Shown here: positions 1 to 9,480 of the stretch, piece after piece
Layout: each line of letters begins with the position of its first letter
Numbering within the stretch: the first letter of the stretch is position 1
NCBI GenBank assembly: GCA_043811535.1
Contig: JBDRNC010000038.1
Location: 32,001-96,000, forward strand
Reading direction: 5' to 3'
Length of the DNA: 64,000 nt
DNA from: Elusimicrobiota bacterium
Lineage (GTDB): Bacteria > Elusimicrobiota > Endomicrobiia > Endomicrobiales > JBDRNC01
The notes under the pieces: model-generated
The model's input: only the letters and a program-made list of their open reading frames with translations
What the model was told of the DNA's origin: nothing
Database searches by the model: none
Position numbers and translations under genes: made by a program

Positions 1-834
1 ATGGATGAAAATACGCAGAAGAATCTTGCCGGTTACGTTTCTCAGGGAGGAAAACTGATACTTAACCCCTGCATGCCGGACAAGGACCTCAACATGGATA
101 AATGCACCGCGCTCTCCGACGCTCTCGGCGTCGCCGACACCGGCAGGGCCGAGAAGGGATTCTATATCATAGGCAGCGAAGATTACAACGCTGAGGGCGA
201 GCTGCACACGTTTTCGCACAACGCGTCGGCCAAGGCAGCGGCTCACGATCTGGACAACCGCCCCTGCGCGGTGCTGACCCAATACGGCAAGGGGAGCGCT
301 CTTGTAATGGGGATGGGGATATACCACCTGTTCGACTATCACATAGACGTAATCAGGGATTTTTCGGCGATGATGGGCATAACCCCGTCCGTTAAGCTGC
401 AGAAAGACCTGCAGGCAACTGTGCGCAGGAACAAGGATTACGGTTTTCTTTTCCTGACAAACTATAACGACGTCCCGCGCGAGACAAAAATATCAATGGT
501 ACTACCCGGCGAAACAAAAGCAACAACGTTCCCCGCGGGCGGAAAGCTGAAGATCATGAACAGGCGCGGGTATGTCATTCCGCTGAACGTTCCGCTTCCC
601 TCCGGCGACCGCATAAGGTACGCCGCCGCGGAAATATTTGATGTGAAGGAGAGCAAAGGGAAAAAAGAAATAGCGGTCCGCGGGGCTGGCGGCTCGCTTG
701 TCGAAATAGAACTGATCACGTCTTCCAAAAATGCCTTTCTTGGCGGAAAAAAACTTGCTGTCAAGAGAAAAAAAGGAAGCATGCTTATACAATTTACCGC
801 AGAAGGCAGTATCCAGAAGCTCAGCATCCGGTAA
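1..834 (+). CDS. C-terminal part of a beta-galactosidase-like protein (GH42/GH35-type trimerisation domain plus C-terminal beta domain), probably 5'-truncated by the window edge
   Basis: ORF open from base 1; YVSQGGKLIL and YGKGSALVMG resemble the class-I GATase-like trimerisation domain; CAZyme neighbourhood. Confidence 0.6.
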   Translation: MDENTQKNLAGYVSQGGKLILNPCMPDKDLNMDKCTALSDALGVADTGRAEKGFYIIGSEDYNAEGELHTFSHNASAKAAAHDLDNRPCAVLTQYGKGSALVMGMGIYHLFDYHIDVIRDFSAMMGITPSVKLQKDLQATVRRNKDYGFLFLTNYNDVPRETKISMVLPGETKATTFPAGGKLKIMNRRGYVIPLNVPLPSGDRIRYAAAEIFDVKESKGKKEIAVRGAGGSLVEIELITSSKNAFLGGKKLAVKRKKGSMLIQFTAEGSIQKLSIR

Positions 835-845
835 TAAAAAAAACC

Positions 846-874
846 TTGACAAAAAGCCGAAAGAGGGCTATAAT
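846..874 (+). promoter_or_regulatory. sigma70-type promoter
   Basis: TTGACA (846-851), 17 bp spacer, TATAAT (869-874): perfect consensus. Confidence 0.85.
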
Positions 875-883
875 GTTATGGAC

Positions 884-897
884 TGCAAACGTTTGCA
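884..897. promoter_or_regulatory. LacI-family operator
   Basis: Perfect palindrome TGCAAACGTTTGCA with central CG, just downstream of the -10 box. Confidence 0.75.
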
Positions 898-943
898 ACG
901 ACGGAAGAATAAATCTTGGTAAATTCGATCAAGGAGAATCAAA

Positions 944-1567
944 ATGCCGGTTAAAAGGTTGCTTTTGATGGTTTTGTCAGTTTCAATAGTCATTGCTGGT
1001 TTCATTTCGCTATCTTGCGCGGCGAGAATGAAGGCGAAAGCAGCGCCCGGAAACGATGTTTCTTCAAAGGAAGAAAAAAAGGGCTCAAATGCCGCAAAAA
1101 GCATCGTTGACGCGCTTGATACGATACAGGGATGGGACAAGTACGTAGATAGCGGTTCAAAGCTTGATTTAGCTTCGGTTCCGGGCAAGGAGGGAGGCGC
1201 TATCGAGGTGACATATGATATGACTGCCGGAGGATGGGTCGCATTCAACAAGACAATGGAAAAGGATTTATCCGGATGCAAGGCGGTAAGTTTCTATTAT
1301 AAGGGAATGGGCGCGGAAAATACGATTGAGATAAAGCTTGAAGACGCGGACGGCACGAGTTTTTCATACGTCGTGCCTTCAAAATCAAATGTTTCTTCAT
1401 GGCTGACTGTCCATGTGCCGGTTTATAAATTTGAATACTGCTGGGGCGAAGACAAGGAATTGAACTGGTCAAAAGTGGTCAGATTGCACTTTGCAGTTGC
1501 AAAGAGAGAAGGAGATGAAGGCGGAGCCGGCAAAGTCATATTTGGCCGGGTGGAAGCAGTAAAATAA
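944..1567 (+). CDS. Exported stand-alone CBM11/CIA30-like carbohydrate-binding domain protein
   Basis: AAGGAG RBS; signal peptide; DLSGCKAVSFYYKG..IEIKLED..W..VHVP pattern; paralogous to 29072 and 29749 (C-terminal DEGGAGK). Confidence 0.7.
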   Translation: MPVKRLLLMVLSVSIVIAGFISLSCAARMKAKAAPGNDVSSKEEKKGSNAAKSIVDALDTIQGWDKYVDSGSKLDLASVPGKEGGAIEVTYDMTAGGWVAFNKTMEKDLSGCKAVSFYYKGMGAENTIEIKLEDADGTSFSYVVPSKSNVSSWLTVHVPVYKFEYCWGEDKELNWSKVVRLHFAVAKREGDEGGAGKVIFGRVEAVK

Positions 1568-1595
1568 CCGGTAAACTACGGCGCAATAGATTCAT

Positions 1596-1620
1596 ATCCC
1601 GTCCGCCGCGGCGGAGGGAT
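1596..1620. repeat. REP-like hairpin containing the palindrome TCCGCCGCGGCGGA
   Basis: 14-bp perfect palindrome at 1602-1615, identical copy at 27545-27558. Confidence 0.6.
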
Positions 1621-1671
1621 TTCATATAAGGCAATTTAGAAACAACACTTTTGGAATTCAAGGAGCTCCAT

Positions 1672-4600
1672 ATGAGTTTTTCTGAATCAAGATACTTTTT
1701 GGCCGGAATTTTTGTACTCTTTTTTGTGTTTGCCGTAAAAGGGCAGGTTTTTGCCGGGCGCGAAATCATGAAACTTTCCGGTCAATGGGAGCTCCAGCCG
1801 GGAGAAGAGAAGCCCGATAAATTTACGTACACGGTGCAGGTTCCGGGGCTGGTAGACCTTTCAAAGCCGTCCCTGGACCCGAAATCCGGCAGTTACTTCT
1901 GGTACAAAAAAACATTCACGCTGAAGGGCGCGCAGAAGAAAAGACGGGCATTCGTAAAAATAGAGCAAAGCCAGTTCGGCACGGACGTGTATTTGAACGG
2001 AAAACTTCTGGGAGGATACAAGGGCTGCTACACGTCGCACGAGTATGACGCCTCCGCGGCGCTGAATTACGAAGGTGAGAATATCCTGCTGGTAAGGGTA
2101 GGAGCGAAAGAGACCTTGAAGGAAGGCGAAAGCGCGGTCGGGATAGACTGGGAAAGGATATCGTGGCTGCCGGGGATCTGGGGGGACGTGTGGCTGTATT
2201 TTACGGGAGACGTTAAGATCTCCTTGGTGCAGGTGATACCGAAGATAGATTCGTCTTCGGTGGTTCTTAGAATAACGCTGAAAAATACGGGAAACAGTTC
2301 CATGTCCGGAAAAGCCGCGATCAGGATTTTAGAAAAAGTATCCGCGAAAAAATCGGGCGAAAGCGCCGTGGAATACAATATGGGCCCGGGAGCGGAGCAG
2401 GTTCTGGAAAAGGAAGTGAAGATTTCCGGAATGAAACTGTGGTCGCCCGAGACGCCGTTCCTCTATGAAGCCTCGGTCAGCCTGGAAGGAGCCGCCGCGG
2501 ACAGCTATAAAACGGCGTTCGGCATGCGGGAATTCAAGATCGTAAAGAAGCATTTTTACCTAAACGGGAAAAGAATAATACTGAAAGGCAGCAACATAGC
2601 ATTCCACAGGTTTTTGTCGGATTCCGACAGGAAAGGGCTTGTCTGGGACGAGACGTGGATAAAGAAGGCCCTCATAGACATCCCGAAAGCCCATAATTTC
2701 AATTTCTTCCGCAACCATATCGGTCAGATGTACAACAGGTGGTACGATATTGCCGACGAATACGGGATGCTTCTTCAGGACGAATGGCCTTTCTGGTCAT
2801 GGCCGAACGGTTCCAAGGACGTAATCCGCGCCGAGTTCACGCAGTGGGTGAAGGATAACTATAACCATCCCAGCATAATCATCTGGGACTGCCTCAACGA
2901 AGCAAACTACGACAAACCCGACAGGCTTCCGATGATAGATTTTGTCAGGCACGACCTTGTAAGCGAGATGAAGAAACTTGACCCCACCCGGCCCTGGGAG
3001 CCCACCGATTTTGAGGAGATACATCCCTACATTTATTCTTGTCATTCAGTTTTAGGGATTCAGGAAACGGGAGGGCTGGGTTTCATAAACAGCATCGAGA
3101 AATGCGCTACACCGGTCGTCCTGAACGAGTACCTGTGGTTCTGGATAGACAAGAACGGTAACCCGTCGAACCTTACAAAGGAAGTCGCGCCCAGGTGGCT
3201 CGGCAGGAACGCCACATCCAGGCAGCTGCTTGATTTTCAGGCGTTTCTCGCGCAGGAACTCACGGAACTTTGGCGGAGGATGGACGCGGATGAGATAGCC
3301 CCGTTTGTTTATATAAGTGTCAACGAAGGCGCCACATCCCACTGGTTCAACGGGGATATAAAGGACCTGAATCCTAAGCCGATCCTCGCGGCGCTGAAGA
3401 ATATCTTCGCCCCGATTTCCGTAAGCGTTGAGCTTTGGGACAGGCATTTCTACTCCGGAGAGAAAAGAAAAGTGAACGTATTCATGTTCAACGACAATGA
3501 TTCTTCCAGAAAATGCCGTCTCATCTGTAAAATTGTTGACGGAAACGGTAATCCGGCGTTGCCGGATGTGGAAAGGGTTATTCAAATCCCGGCTAACGGA
3601 CGGATAATAGAAAATGTAGAGCTTGTTATGCCGTCGAAACCCGGGGCATACTCTATTGAAGCCGGTTTGAGCGAAGTCGGCGGCAAAGACAAGCCTTCTT
3701 TCAGCAGAAAAGCGGCGTATGTCTTTGACGAGCCGTCGCCTTCAAAAGATATCACCGGTTTGAAGGTCATGGTGTTCGACGCGGCGGGCGAAATCAGCGG
3801 CTATCTGAAATCCAAAGGGCTGAAGATTCTTCCGTATGACGCGGGGACTCTAAGCAATTCTGATATCCTGATAATAGGGGAAGGCGGGCTTCTGGATCCG
3901 GAGTACAAAAAAAACATTGAAGCAATAAGTAAATTTGTAAAAAACGGCAATACATTGATAGTAATGGAACAGTCCGGCGGAATAAAAGGCAAACAGGATG
4001 TTCCCGTATGCGACGAAATATCCATTTTATTCGAGCCGCAGCCCTGGCGCGGAGGTGAATCGTATATTTTCATGGAAAATCCGTCCGCTCCGGTCTGGAA
4101 AAACATCGGGCAGGATCACTTGAAGATGTTCAACGGGGGATGGGGAGGGGAGGCTGTTTCGCCGTGCGATGTATTCGCGCCTCTGCCTTACAAGGTCGAA
4201 GCTGTCTGCGGGGCTGATCTGAGGATACCGGCTGTACTCGAGATGCCTTGCGGGAAAGGGCTTGTGGTATTGTCCAGACTGCAGTTAAATGGAAGGCTTA
4301 TGAAGGGGCAGTCGGGCAGTGACTTGATATTTGCGCGGCGCGCGGACCCCGTCATGCAGCAGTACCTGCTGAACCTGCTGTCCGCTTATAACCCGGCTTC
4401 GCGGAACGCAAAAGCTCTCGCGGAAGAATTGAGTAAGAAAATGGTAGTCATACGAAAAGCGGAAGTGTCCTCGACCGAGGCGAACAACGGGCCGTACGGG
4501 GCAATTGACGGCGACGCGCAAACGAGATGGTCAAGCCAGTATTCGGATCCGCAATGGATCAAGTTCGACCTCGGCCGGTCAGAAGATATTTTCGGGATAA

Positions 4601-5256
4601 AATTGTCCTGGGAAAGGGCCTGCGCGAAAGAATACCAGATACAGGTATCGGAAGACTCCAAAGCGTGGCGCACGGTGTTTAACACGCGCAGCGGGAACGG
4701 CGGGGACGAATTCATAAAGACAGACCCTCCCGTGAAGGGCCGTTATGTAAGGATGTACGGTGTAAAAAGGGCGACCGAGTGGGGATATTCTTTATGGGAA
4801 GCAAAAATTTATATAAATAAAAACGACCTGCCGGGCGACAAGCCGCTTGTCTCCGATGAAATAATCAACGCCATTAAGCCATCGGGTGCCACGGCGTCTT
4901 CAGTAGAAAGGGATGACTGCCCGGCGGGCGCCGCCGTGGACGGAGATATTCAGACGCGTTGGAGTTCAATGTCGGATTCCGACGAGCAGTGGATCGCGCT
5001 TGATTTCGGGAAACCGGTCTCAATAAGCAAGGTAAAACTGAGCTGGGAGACGGCATTCGCCGGCGAATACGAGATACAGGCGTCAAGCGACGGGGAAGAG
5101 TGGGACACCGTGTACGGAACAAAAGCCGGAAAGGGCGGGATTGAAGAGATAGTCCTGCGTAAGCCGGTCAAAAAGCGGCACTTGCGCGTCCTGTGCCTGA
5201 AAAGAGGGTCGCCTTACGGATATTCCCTTTGGGAAATTGAGGCTTCCGGCCAGTGA
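1672..5256 (+). CDS. Secreted GH2-family glycoside hydrolase with two C-terminal CBM32 (F5/8 type C) domains
   Basis: AGGAG RBS before ATG 1672; LSGQW, VYLNG, LWSPETPFLY, FGMREF, NHPSIIIWDCLNE, VLNEY motifs; two AIDGD..TRWSS..WE.A..YSLWE modules. Confidence 0.85.
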   Translation: MSFSESRYFLAGIFVLFFVFAVKGQVFAGREIMKLSGQWELQPGEEKPDKFTYTVQVPGLVDLSKPSLDPKSGSYFWYKKTFTLKGAQKKRRAFVKIEQSQFGTDVYLNGKLLGGYKGCYTSHEYDASAALNYEGENILLVRVGAKETLKEGESAVGIDWERISWLPGIWGDVWLYFTGDVKISLVQVIPKIDSSSVVLRITLKNTGNSSMSGKAAIRILEKVSAKKSGESAVEYNMGPGAEQVLEKEVKISGMKLWSPETPFLYEASVSLEGAAADSYKTAFGMREFKIVKKHFYLNGKRIILKGSNIAFHRFLSDSDRKGLVWDETWIKKALIDIPKAHNFNFFRNHIGQMYNRWYDIADEYGMLLQDEWPFWSWPNGSKDVIRAEFTQWVKDNYNHPSIIIWDCLNEANYDKPDRLPMIDFVRHDLVSEMKKLDPTRPWEPTDFEEIHPYIYSCHSVLGIQETGGLGFINSIEKCATPVVLNEYLWFWIDKNGNPSNLTKEVAPRWLGRNATSRQLLDFQAFLAQELTELWRRMDADEIAPFVYISVNEGATSHWFNGDIKDLNPKPILAALKNIFAPISVSVELWDRHFYSGEKRKVNVFMFNDNDSSRKCRLICKIVDGNGNPALPDVERVIQIPANGRIIENVELVMPSKPGAYSIEAGLSEVGGKDKPSFSRKAAYVFDEPSPSKDITGLKVMVFDAAGEISGYLKSKGLKILPYDAGTLSNSDILIIGEGGLLDPEYKKNIEAISKFVKNGNTLIVMEQSGGIKGKQDVPVCDEISILFEPQPWRGGESYIFMENPSAPVWKNIGQDHLKMFNGGWGGEAVSPCDVFAPLPYKVEAVCGADLRIPAVLEMPCGKGLVVLSRLQLNGRLMKGQSGSDLIFARRADPVMQQYLLNLLSAYNPASRNAKALAEELSKKMVVIRKAEVSSTEANNGPYGAIDGDAQTRWSSQYSDPQWIKFDLGRSEDIFGIKLSWERACAKEYQIQVSEDSKAWRTVFNTRSGNGGDEFIKTDPPVKGRYVRMYGVKRATEWGYSLWEAKIYINKNDLPGDKPLVSDEIINAIKPSGATASSVERDDCPAGAAVDGDIQTRWSSMSDSDEQWIALDFGKPVSISKVKLSWETAFAGEYEIQASSDGEEWDTVYGTKAGKGGIEEIVLRKPVKKRHLRVLCLKRGSPYGYSLWEIEASGQ

Positions 5257-5263
5257 GAACCTG

Positions 5264-5276
5264 TGCAAACGTTACA
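5264..5276. promoter_or_regulatory. Possible second LacI-type operator
   Basis: TGCAAACGTTACA shares its first 10 bases with the operator at 884-897. Confidence 0.4.
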
Positions 5277-5407
5277 CCGGGCCGTTTCTAAGGGTGGCGC
5301 GCGTTGGAGCCGTATATAAAAAGCATTGAAATTAAATAGATTATTGGCTATACTTATGATGCGTAATTCCGCCAGTCCATTCTGCGCAAAACTACGATTA
5401 GGAGCTA

Positions 5408-7483
5408 TTGCTAATGGACTCAAAAAAGCCGGACCAGAAAGACGACGGCATCAGCAAGTTCATGAAGGACCACGCCTATCTTGCCTCCCCTGAAGTTACC
5501 AGCCAGTTAAGCATTGAAAAAGCGCTAAAGGAATCCGAAGAAAAATTCCGCCTGTTCGCCGAAGAATCCCCCAGTATGATATTCATCAATAAGGGCGGCA
5601 AGGTGATTTATGCCAACAAAAAATGCGAGGAAATAATCGGCTACACCAGAGATGAATTCTATTCGCCGTCATTTGACCACAAGGTTCTATACGTCCCGGA
5701 TTCGGAAGAAATTGTAGAACAGGCATGGCAGCAGCACATGAAAGGCATCGATATTCCTCCCTATGAATACAGATTAAAAAAGAAGAACGGGGCAATAGTC
5801 GAAGCCATAATAACGACAAAGCTGATTGATTTCGGGGGCGGGCGGGCGGTACTGGGCATAATCACTGACATAAGCAAGCAGAAGGTCGTGGAAAGGGCCC
5901 TGCGGGACTCCGAGTCTACTTACCGTACGACGATAAACTCGCTCGGCGATGTGATACACATGGTTGACAGGGACCTGAAGGTCGTGCTGTTCAACCAGCC
6001 CTTCATTGAATGGCATAAGCGGCTTAAACTTCCGCTGGATGTACTCGGAAAGAAACTGTCCGAGATATACCCGTTCCTCAAACAGTATGTTTTCAAGGAG
6101 TATGAGGAAATATTCCGCACTGGTAAAACGATGATAACAGCCGAGTCTAACAAGATAGGCAGCAGGCAGGTCTATACGGAAACAAGGAAGATTCCCATAA
6201 TAGAGAACGGCAAAGTCGTGGAAGTCATCACTGTCCTGAGGGACATATCCGAGGCGAAGCTGAAAGAGAAACAGCTTGAGACCTTGAACGAGGAACTCCT
6301 CAAGTCCAATATCAAGCTCAAGGAACTCTCGCTGCTGGACGCGCATACCGGCCTCTATAACCACCGGTACCTGGGCGAGATGCTCAAGGCGGAGCTGGCA
6401 AGGTCTAAGCGGGAGGATTCGCCCCTTTCGCTTATCAAAATGGACGTGGACTATTTCAAGAGCGTCAACGACGTTTACGGGCATCAATTCGGGGATGTTG
6501 TGCTGAAACAGCTCGCGCATAAGATTAAAAACCTGGTCAGGAAATATAACATAGTTGTCCGTTACGGCGGCGAGGAGTTCATGGTGCTGTCCCCGAATAC
6601 GGACAGGCACGAGGCGATGAACCTTGGGCAGAGAATAATCGATTCCGTCAATGTCACTTCTTTCGGCACAAAGACGAATTCCGTGAAACTGCGCGTGAGC
6701 GTTGCCGTGGCGTCTTATCCGGAAGATAAAGTCATCAACTCCGCGGATATGGTAGAAATTGTGGACCATTGCATAAACAAGTCCAAGGAACTCGGAGGGA
6801 ACAGGCTGTGTTCATCGCAGGACCTTGGAGCTGAAAGGAAAACGAAAAAATCCGGTCGCGAACAAAAGACAGACATGAAATACATGAAGGAAAAGATAGA
6901 CAAGCTGACAACGAGAGCCAACCAGAGCCTGATAGAGTCAATATTCGCGTTCGCCAAAACGATAGAGCTTAAGGACCACTATACCGGCGAGCACGTAGAA
7001 AAGACCGTTCAGTTCGCGACGGATATAGGGAAGGCCATCGGATTGCCCAAAGAACAGATAGGCCTCATCAAACAGGCCGCCATACTTCACGATCTCGGCA
7101 AGGTAGGCATACCCGAGAAGATACTGCTAAAAAGATCAAAACTGACCCTTAAAGAATTCAAGGAGATCAAGACGCACCCGATGATAGGAGCCGACATAAT
7201 CAGGCCCATCCATCTTCTGCATGATATTCTGCCGTACATAATGTACCATCATGAGAGGTGGGACGGAAAGGGATATCCCATCGGCCTTAAAGGGGAAGAG
7301 ATACCTATCGGCGCGAGGGTAATATCGCTCGCCGACGCGTTCCAGGCGCTGACGTCCAGAAGGCCGTACAGAAAGGCGTATACAAAAAGCCAGGCGATCA
7401 AAATAATAAAAAACGCGGCCGGTACGCAATTTGACCCGGCGATAGTCAGCGCGTTCCTGAAAGTAATGAAAAACGGTTCTTGA
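5408..7483 (+). CDS. PAS-PAS-GGDEF-HD-GYP diguanylate cyclase/phosphodiesterase
   Basis: Two PAS/PAC blocks (DISKQK, DISEAK); DAHTGLYN, DVDYFKSVNDVYGH, RYGGEEF; HDLGK and HHERWDGKGYP. Confidence 0.93.
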   Translation: MLMDSKKPDQKDDGISKFMKDHAYLASPEVTSQLSIEKALKESEEKFRLFAEESPSMIFINKGGKVIYANKKCEEIIGYTRDEFYSPSFDHKVLYVPDSEEIVEQAWQQHMKGIDIPPYEYRLKKKNGAIVEAIITTKLIDFGGGRAVLGIITDISKQKVVERALRDSESTYRTTINSLGDVIHMVDRDLKVVLFNQPFIEWHKRLKLPLDVLGKKLSEIYPFLKQYVFKEYEEIFRTGKTMITAESNKIGSRQVYTETRKIPIIENGKVVEVITVLRDISEAKLKEKQLETLNEELLKSNIKLKELSLLDAHTGLYNHRYLGEMLKAELARSKREDSPLSLIKMDVDYFKSVNDVYGHQFGDVVLKQLAHKIKNLVRKYNIVVRYGGEEFMVLSPNTDRHEAMNLGQRIIDSVNVTSFGTKTNSVKLRVSVAVASYPEDKVINSADMVEIVDHCINKSKELGGNRLCSSQDLGAERKTKKSGREQKTDMKYMKEKIDKLTTRANQSLIESIFAFAKTIELKDHYTGEHVEKTVQFATDIGKAIGLPKEQIGLIKQAAILHDLGKVGIPEKILLKRSKLTLKEFKEIKTHPMIGADIIRPIHLLHDILPYIMYHHERWDGKGYPIGLKGEEIPIGARVISLADAFQALTSRRPYRKAYTKSQAIKIIKNAAGTQFDPAIVSAFLKVMKNGS

Positions 7484-7519
7484 GAATTTGATTTAAAGGG
7501 TTGTTTTAGGTAAAATCAT

Positions 7520-7550
7520 ACAGCGGACATCAGTTCCGCTGTTTTTGTTT
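7520..7550 (+). terminator. Rho-independent terminator
   Basis: ACAGCGGA-loop-TCCGCTGT followed by a T-rich tail. Confidence 0.6.
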
Positions 7551-7566
7551 GTAGGAAATACTTGTC

Positions 7567-7714
7567 GTCATTGCGAGCCCGCAGGCGACTTCCATAATTT
7601 AACTCAATGGAGTCCCGATGAAGTCGGGATACGAAGCAATCCCAGGGCAACAAACATAACGGCAAATCCCCCTCTTTCCCCCTTTCGTAAAGGGGGAATA
7701 AAAAGGGGATTTTG
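7567..7714. repeat. Cluster of REP/MITE-like palindromic elements
   Basis: GTCATTGCGAG...CGAAGCAATC with nested TCCCGA-TGAAG-TCGGGA; long hairpin CAAATCCCCC..CCCCCTTT-CGT-AAAGGGGG..GGGGATTTTG (7663-7714). Confidence 0.65.
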
Positions 7715-7787
7715 TAAACAAGATTCTTTGCCTGAAATAGCGGCTCAGAATTACAGCCTCAAAGACAAATAGGGATTAGGGATAAGA

Positions 7788-8867
7788 ATGGATAATAAAA
7801 CCAAAATATTTTGCTTAACGGGATTAATTTTTTGTTTGTTATCAAACGGGTTGCTGGCTGCCGGTAAGCAACAGGCGAACGCCGTTTTCCCCATAATATT
7901 TTACACCCCTGAAACAAGGATGTCCCTCGGAGGCATGCTCATTCATTTTTTTGAGGAACAGAACGACGCGAACGACGGTAGGGTCTCAAATTGCAAGGTC
8001 ACGGCGATATTTACGCAGAATTCACAGGTGATACTGCAATTCGCTCCTGAGATATACCTGAAAGACACCGGATACGTTGTTGATTTTCAGGCGAATTACT
8101 TGGATTATCCCGCGCAGTTTTACGGAATAGGAAGAGATACTCCGGAAACCGACGTTGAAAATTATACGCGAAAAGACCCGATGTTTGACGCAAAAATCCG
8201 TAAATTGATAGGCGGACATTATAGCGCAGGAATCATATATCAATACCGTGAATTTAATGTATCGGACATTAAAGCAGGAGGATTGCTTGACTCGAAAACA
8301 ATTTCCGGAAGCACCGGAGGCGTTAGTTCCGCCGCGGGCCTGCAGCTTATGTATGATTCCCGCGACAACGTGTTTCTTCCCACGCGCGGGGCGTTCTGCG
8401 CTTTGACCGCGGGCCATGCCGGAAAAGATTTCGGAGGCGAATTCAATTACGAGAGATACATTCTTGACTGCCGAAGGTATTATTACCTGCTCAGGCCCAA
8501 CGTGCTGGCTCTGCAGTTCTATTTCGACATGGTAAACGGCGCGATCCCGTTCCAGGAAAGCCCCGCGATAGGCGGAGTAAACTTCATGCGCGGTTATTAC
8601 GACGGCAGGTTCAGGGATAACTGCCTTGCGCTGTTTCAGGCTGAATACCGCGTGCCCGTCCACCGGCTAATCTCGCTTACATTTTTTGGAGGCGCCGCGG
8701 ACGTTGAAAGCGATATCAACGAATTCAGGGCGGACAGGGCTAAGTATTCCGCAGGTTTCGGCACAAGATTTTCGTTGAATACCGAGAAGAAAATATGCGT
8801 GAGGACGGATATAGGGTTCGGCGAGAATTCATCCGGATTCTACGTGACGATGTTCGAGGCCTTCTGA
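7788..8867 (+). CDS. Omp85/BamA/TamA-family outer-membrane beta-barrel (no POTRA domains)
   Basis: Signal peptide; YDSRDN..PTRG, GG..MRGY..GRFRD, G.G.RF, C-terminal Phe (EAF). Confidence 0.85.
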   Translation: MDNKTKIFCLTGLIFCLLSNGLLAAGKQQANAVFPIIFYTPETRMSLGGMLIHFFEEQNDANDGRVSNCKVTAIFTQNSQVILQFAPEIYLKDTGYVVDFQANYLDYPAQFYGIGRDTPETDVENYTRKDPMFDAKIRKLIGGHYSAGIIYQYREFNVSDIKAGGLLDSKTISGSTGGVSSAAGLQLMYDSRDNVFLPTRGAFCALTAGHAGKDFGGEFNYERYILDCRRYYYLLRPNVLALQFYFDMVNGAIPFQESPAIGGVNFMRGYYDGRFRDNCLALFQAEYRVPVHRLISLTFFGGAADVESDINEFRADRAKYSAGFGTRFSLNTEKKICVRTDIGFGENSSGFYVTMFEAF

Positions 8868-8869
8868 AC

Positions 8870-8898
8870 TTGCGCCCCCGTGCATCTTTTGGTATAAT
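8870..8898 (+). promoter_or_regulatory. Promoter of the tRNA cluster
   Basis: TTGCGC-17 bp-TATAAT with extended TG. Confidence 0.6.
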
Positions 8899-8924
8899 AA
8901 CGCGGTAAAATCGCTCTTTTACAT

Positions 8925-9050
8925 GTCTCCGTAGCTTAGGCCGAAGGCCATCCGCCAGGTCACAGTGGCGGGTAAAAGAGCACGAAAAGATGTTTCCGTA
9001 GCTCAATTGGATAGAGCACCCCGATTATATCGGGGGGGTTGCTTCCTTAG
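8925..9050 (+). pseudogene. Two decayed tRNA 5' halves (Arg-like) interrupted by palindromic elements
   Basis: GTCTCCGTAGCT...AGAGCAC (8925-8983) and GTTTCCGTAGCTCAATTGGATAGAGCACC (8992-9020; 22 nt identical to the adjacent tRNA-Arg); no T-arm or 3' acceptor strand. Confidence 0.6.
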
Positions 9051-9053
9051 GGT

Positions 9054-9127
9054 GCCCTCATAGCTCAATTGGATAGAGCACCTGCCTTCTAAGCAGGTTG
9101 CTGCAGGTTCGATTCCTGCTGAGGGCG
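9054..9127 (+). tRNA. tRNA-Arg(TCT)
   Basis: Acceptor GCCCTCA/TGAGGGC; D-arm; anticodon stem CCTGC-CTTCTAA-GCAGG; T-arm GCAGG-TTCGATT-CCTGC; CCA not encoded. Confidence 0.95.
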
Positions 9128-9165
9128 GTTTAAACAAGTCACGCCGGAGACGATTTTTTTAAATA

Positions 9166-9239
9166 CAGTATCTAGTATCTGGCAGTTAGTATCTAGTAAA
9201 GTCTTCAACTAGATACCAGATACTAGCCACTAGATACTG
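9166..9239. repeat. Inverted array of heptamer repeats (TAGTATC / TAGATAC) forming a long hairpin
   Basis: CAGTATCTAGTATCTGGCAGTTAGTATCTAGT ... ACTAGATACCAGATACTAGCCACTAGATACTG. Confidence 0.75.
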
Positions 9240-9248
9240 AAGTTAAGT

Positions 9249-9324
9249 GGTGGTTATAGTGTAACGGTTAGCACGAGGGACTGTGGCTCCCTTAGTACGG
9301 GTTCAAATCCCGTTAGCCACCCCA
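9249..9324 (+). tRNA. tRNA-His(GTG)
   Basis: G-1; acceptor GTGGTTA/TAGCCAC; anticodon arm AGGGA-CTGTGGC-TCCCT; T-arm ACGGG-TTCAAAT-CCCGT; C73 and encoded CCA. Confidence 0.95.
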
Positions 9325-9444
9325 CGTCTTAAAATACAATGAAATATCAATGTGAAACACAATTTAATGCAGGTACACCCCTAAGGAGACATAAATCGCA
9401 TTTTCTGACGGAAACAACAGGTTTGAACCTGTTGTTTTTTTATT
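9325..9444 (+). repeat. Junction element copy 0 (right half, type A) fused to the tRNA-His 3' end; includes terminator
   Basis: 9340-9392 matches 18203-18255 (2 mismatches in 53); shared hairpin AAACAACAGGTTYGAACCTGTTGTTT plus T-run. Confidence 0.85.
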
Positions 9445-9471
9445 TGACGTATGCGCAAAAAATAGTATAAT
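9444..9471 (+). promoter_or_regulatory. Promoter of phoB-phoR (near-leaderless)
   Basis: TTGACG-16 bp-TATAAT, 9 nt before the ATG, no RBS. Confidence 0.55.
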
Positions 9472-9480
9472 AACACGAAC

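Noticed and set aside
5774..6769. 331-aa minus-strand ORF and other long antisense ORFs (e.g. 8022-8663, 44263-44907, 61217-61969)
   Set aside because: They lie entirely opposite well-supported + strand genes and show no recognisable motifs; shadow ORFs.
8992..9050. Functional tRNA with TAT anticodon
   Set aside because: No T-arm or 3' acceptor strand; the apparent anticodon arm matches a palindromic repeat type also seen at 7613-7629.
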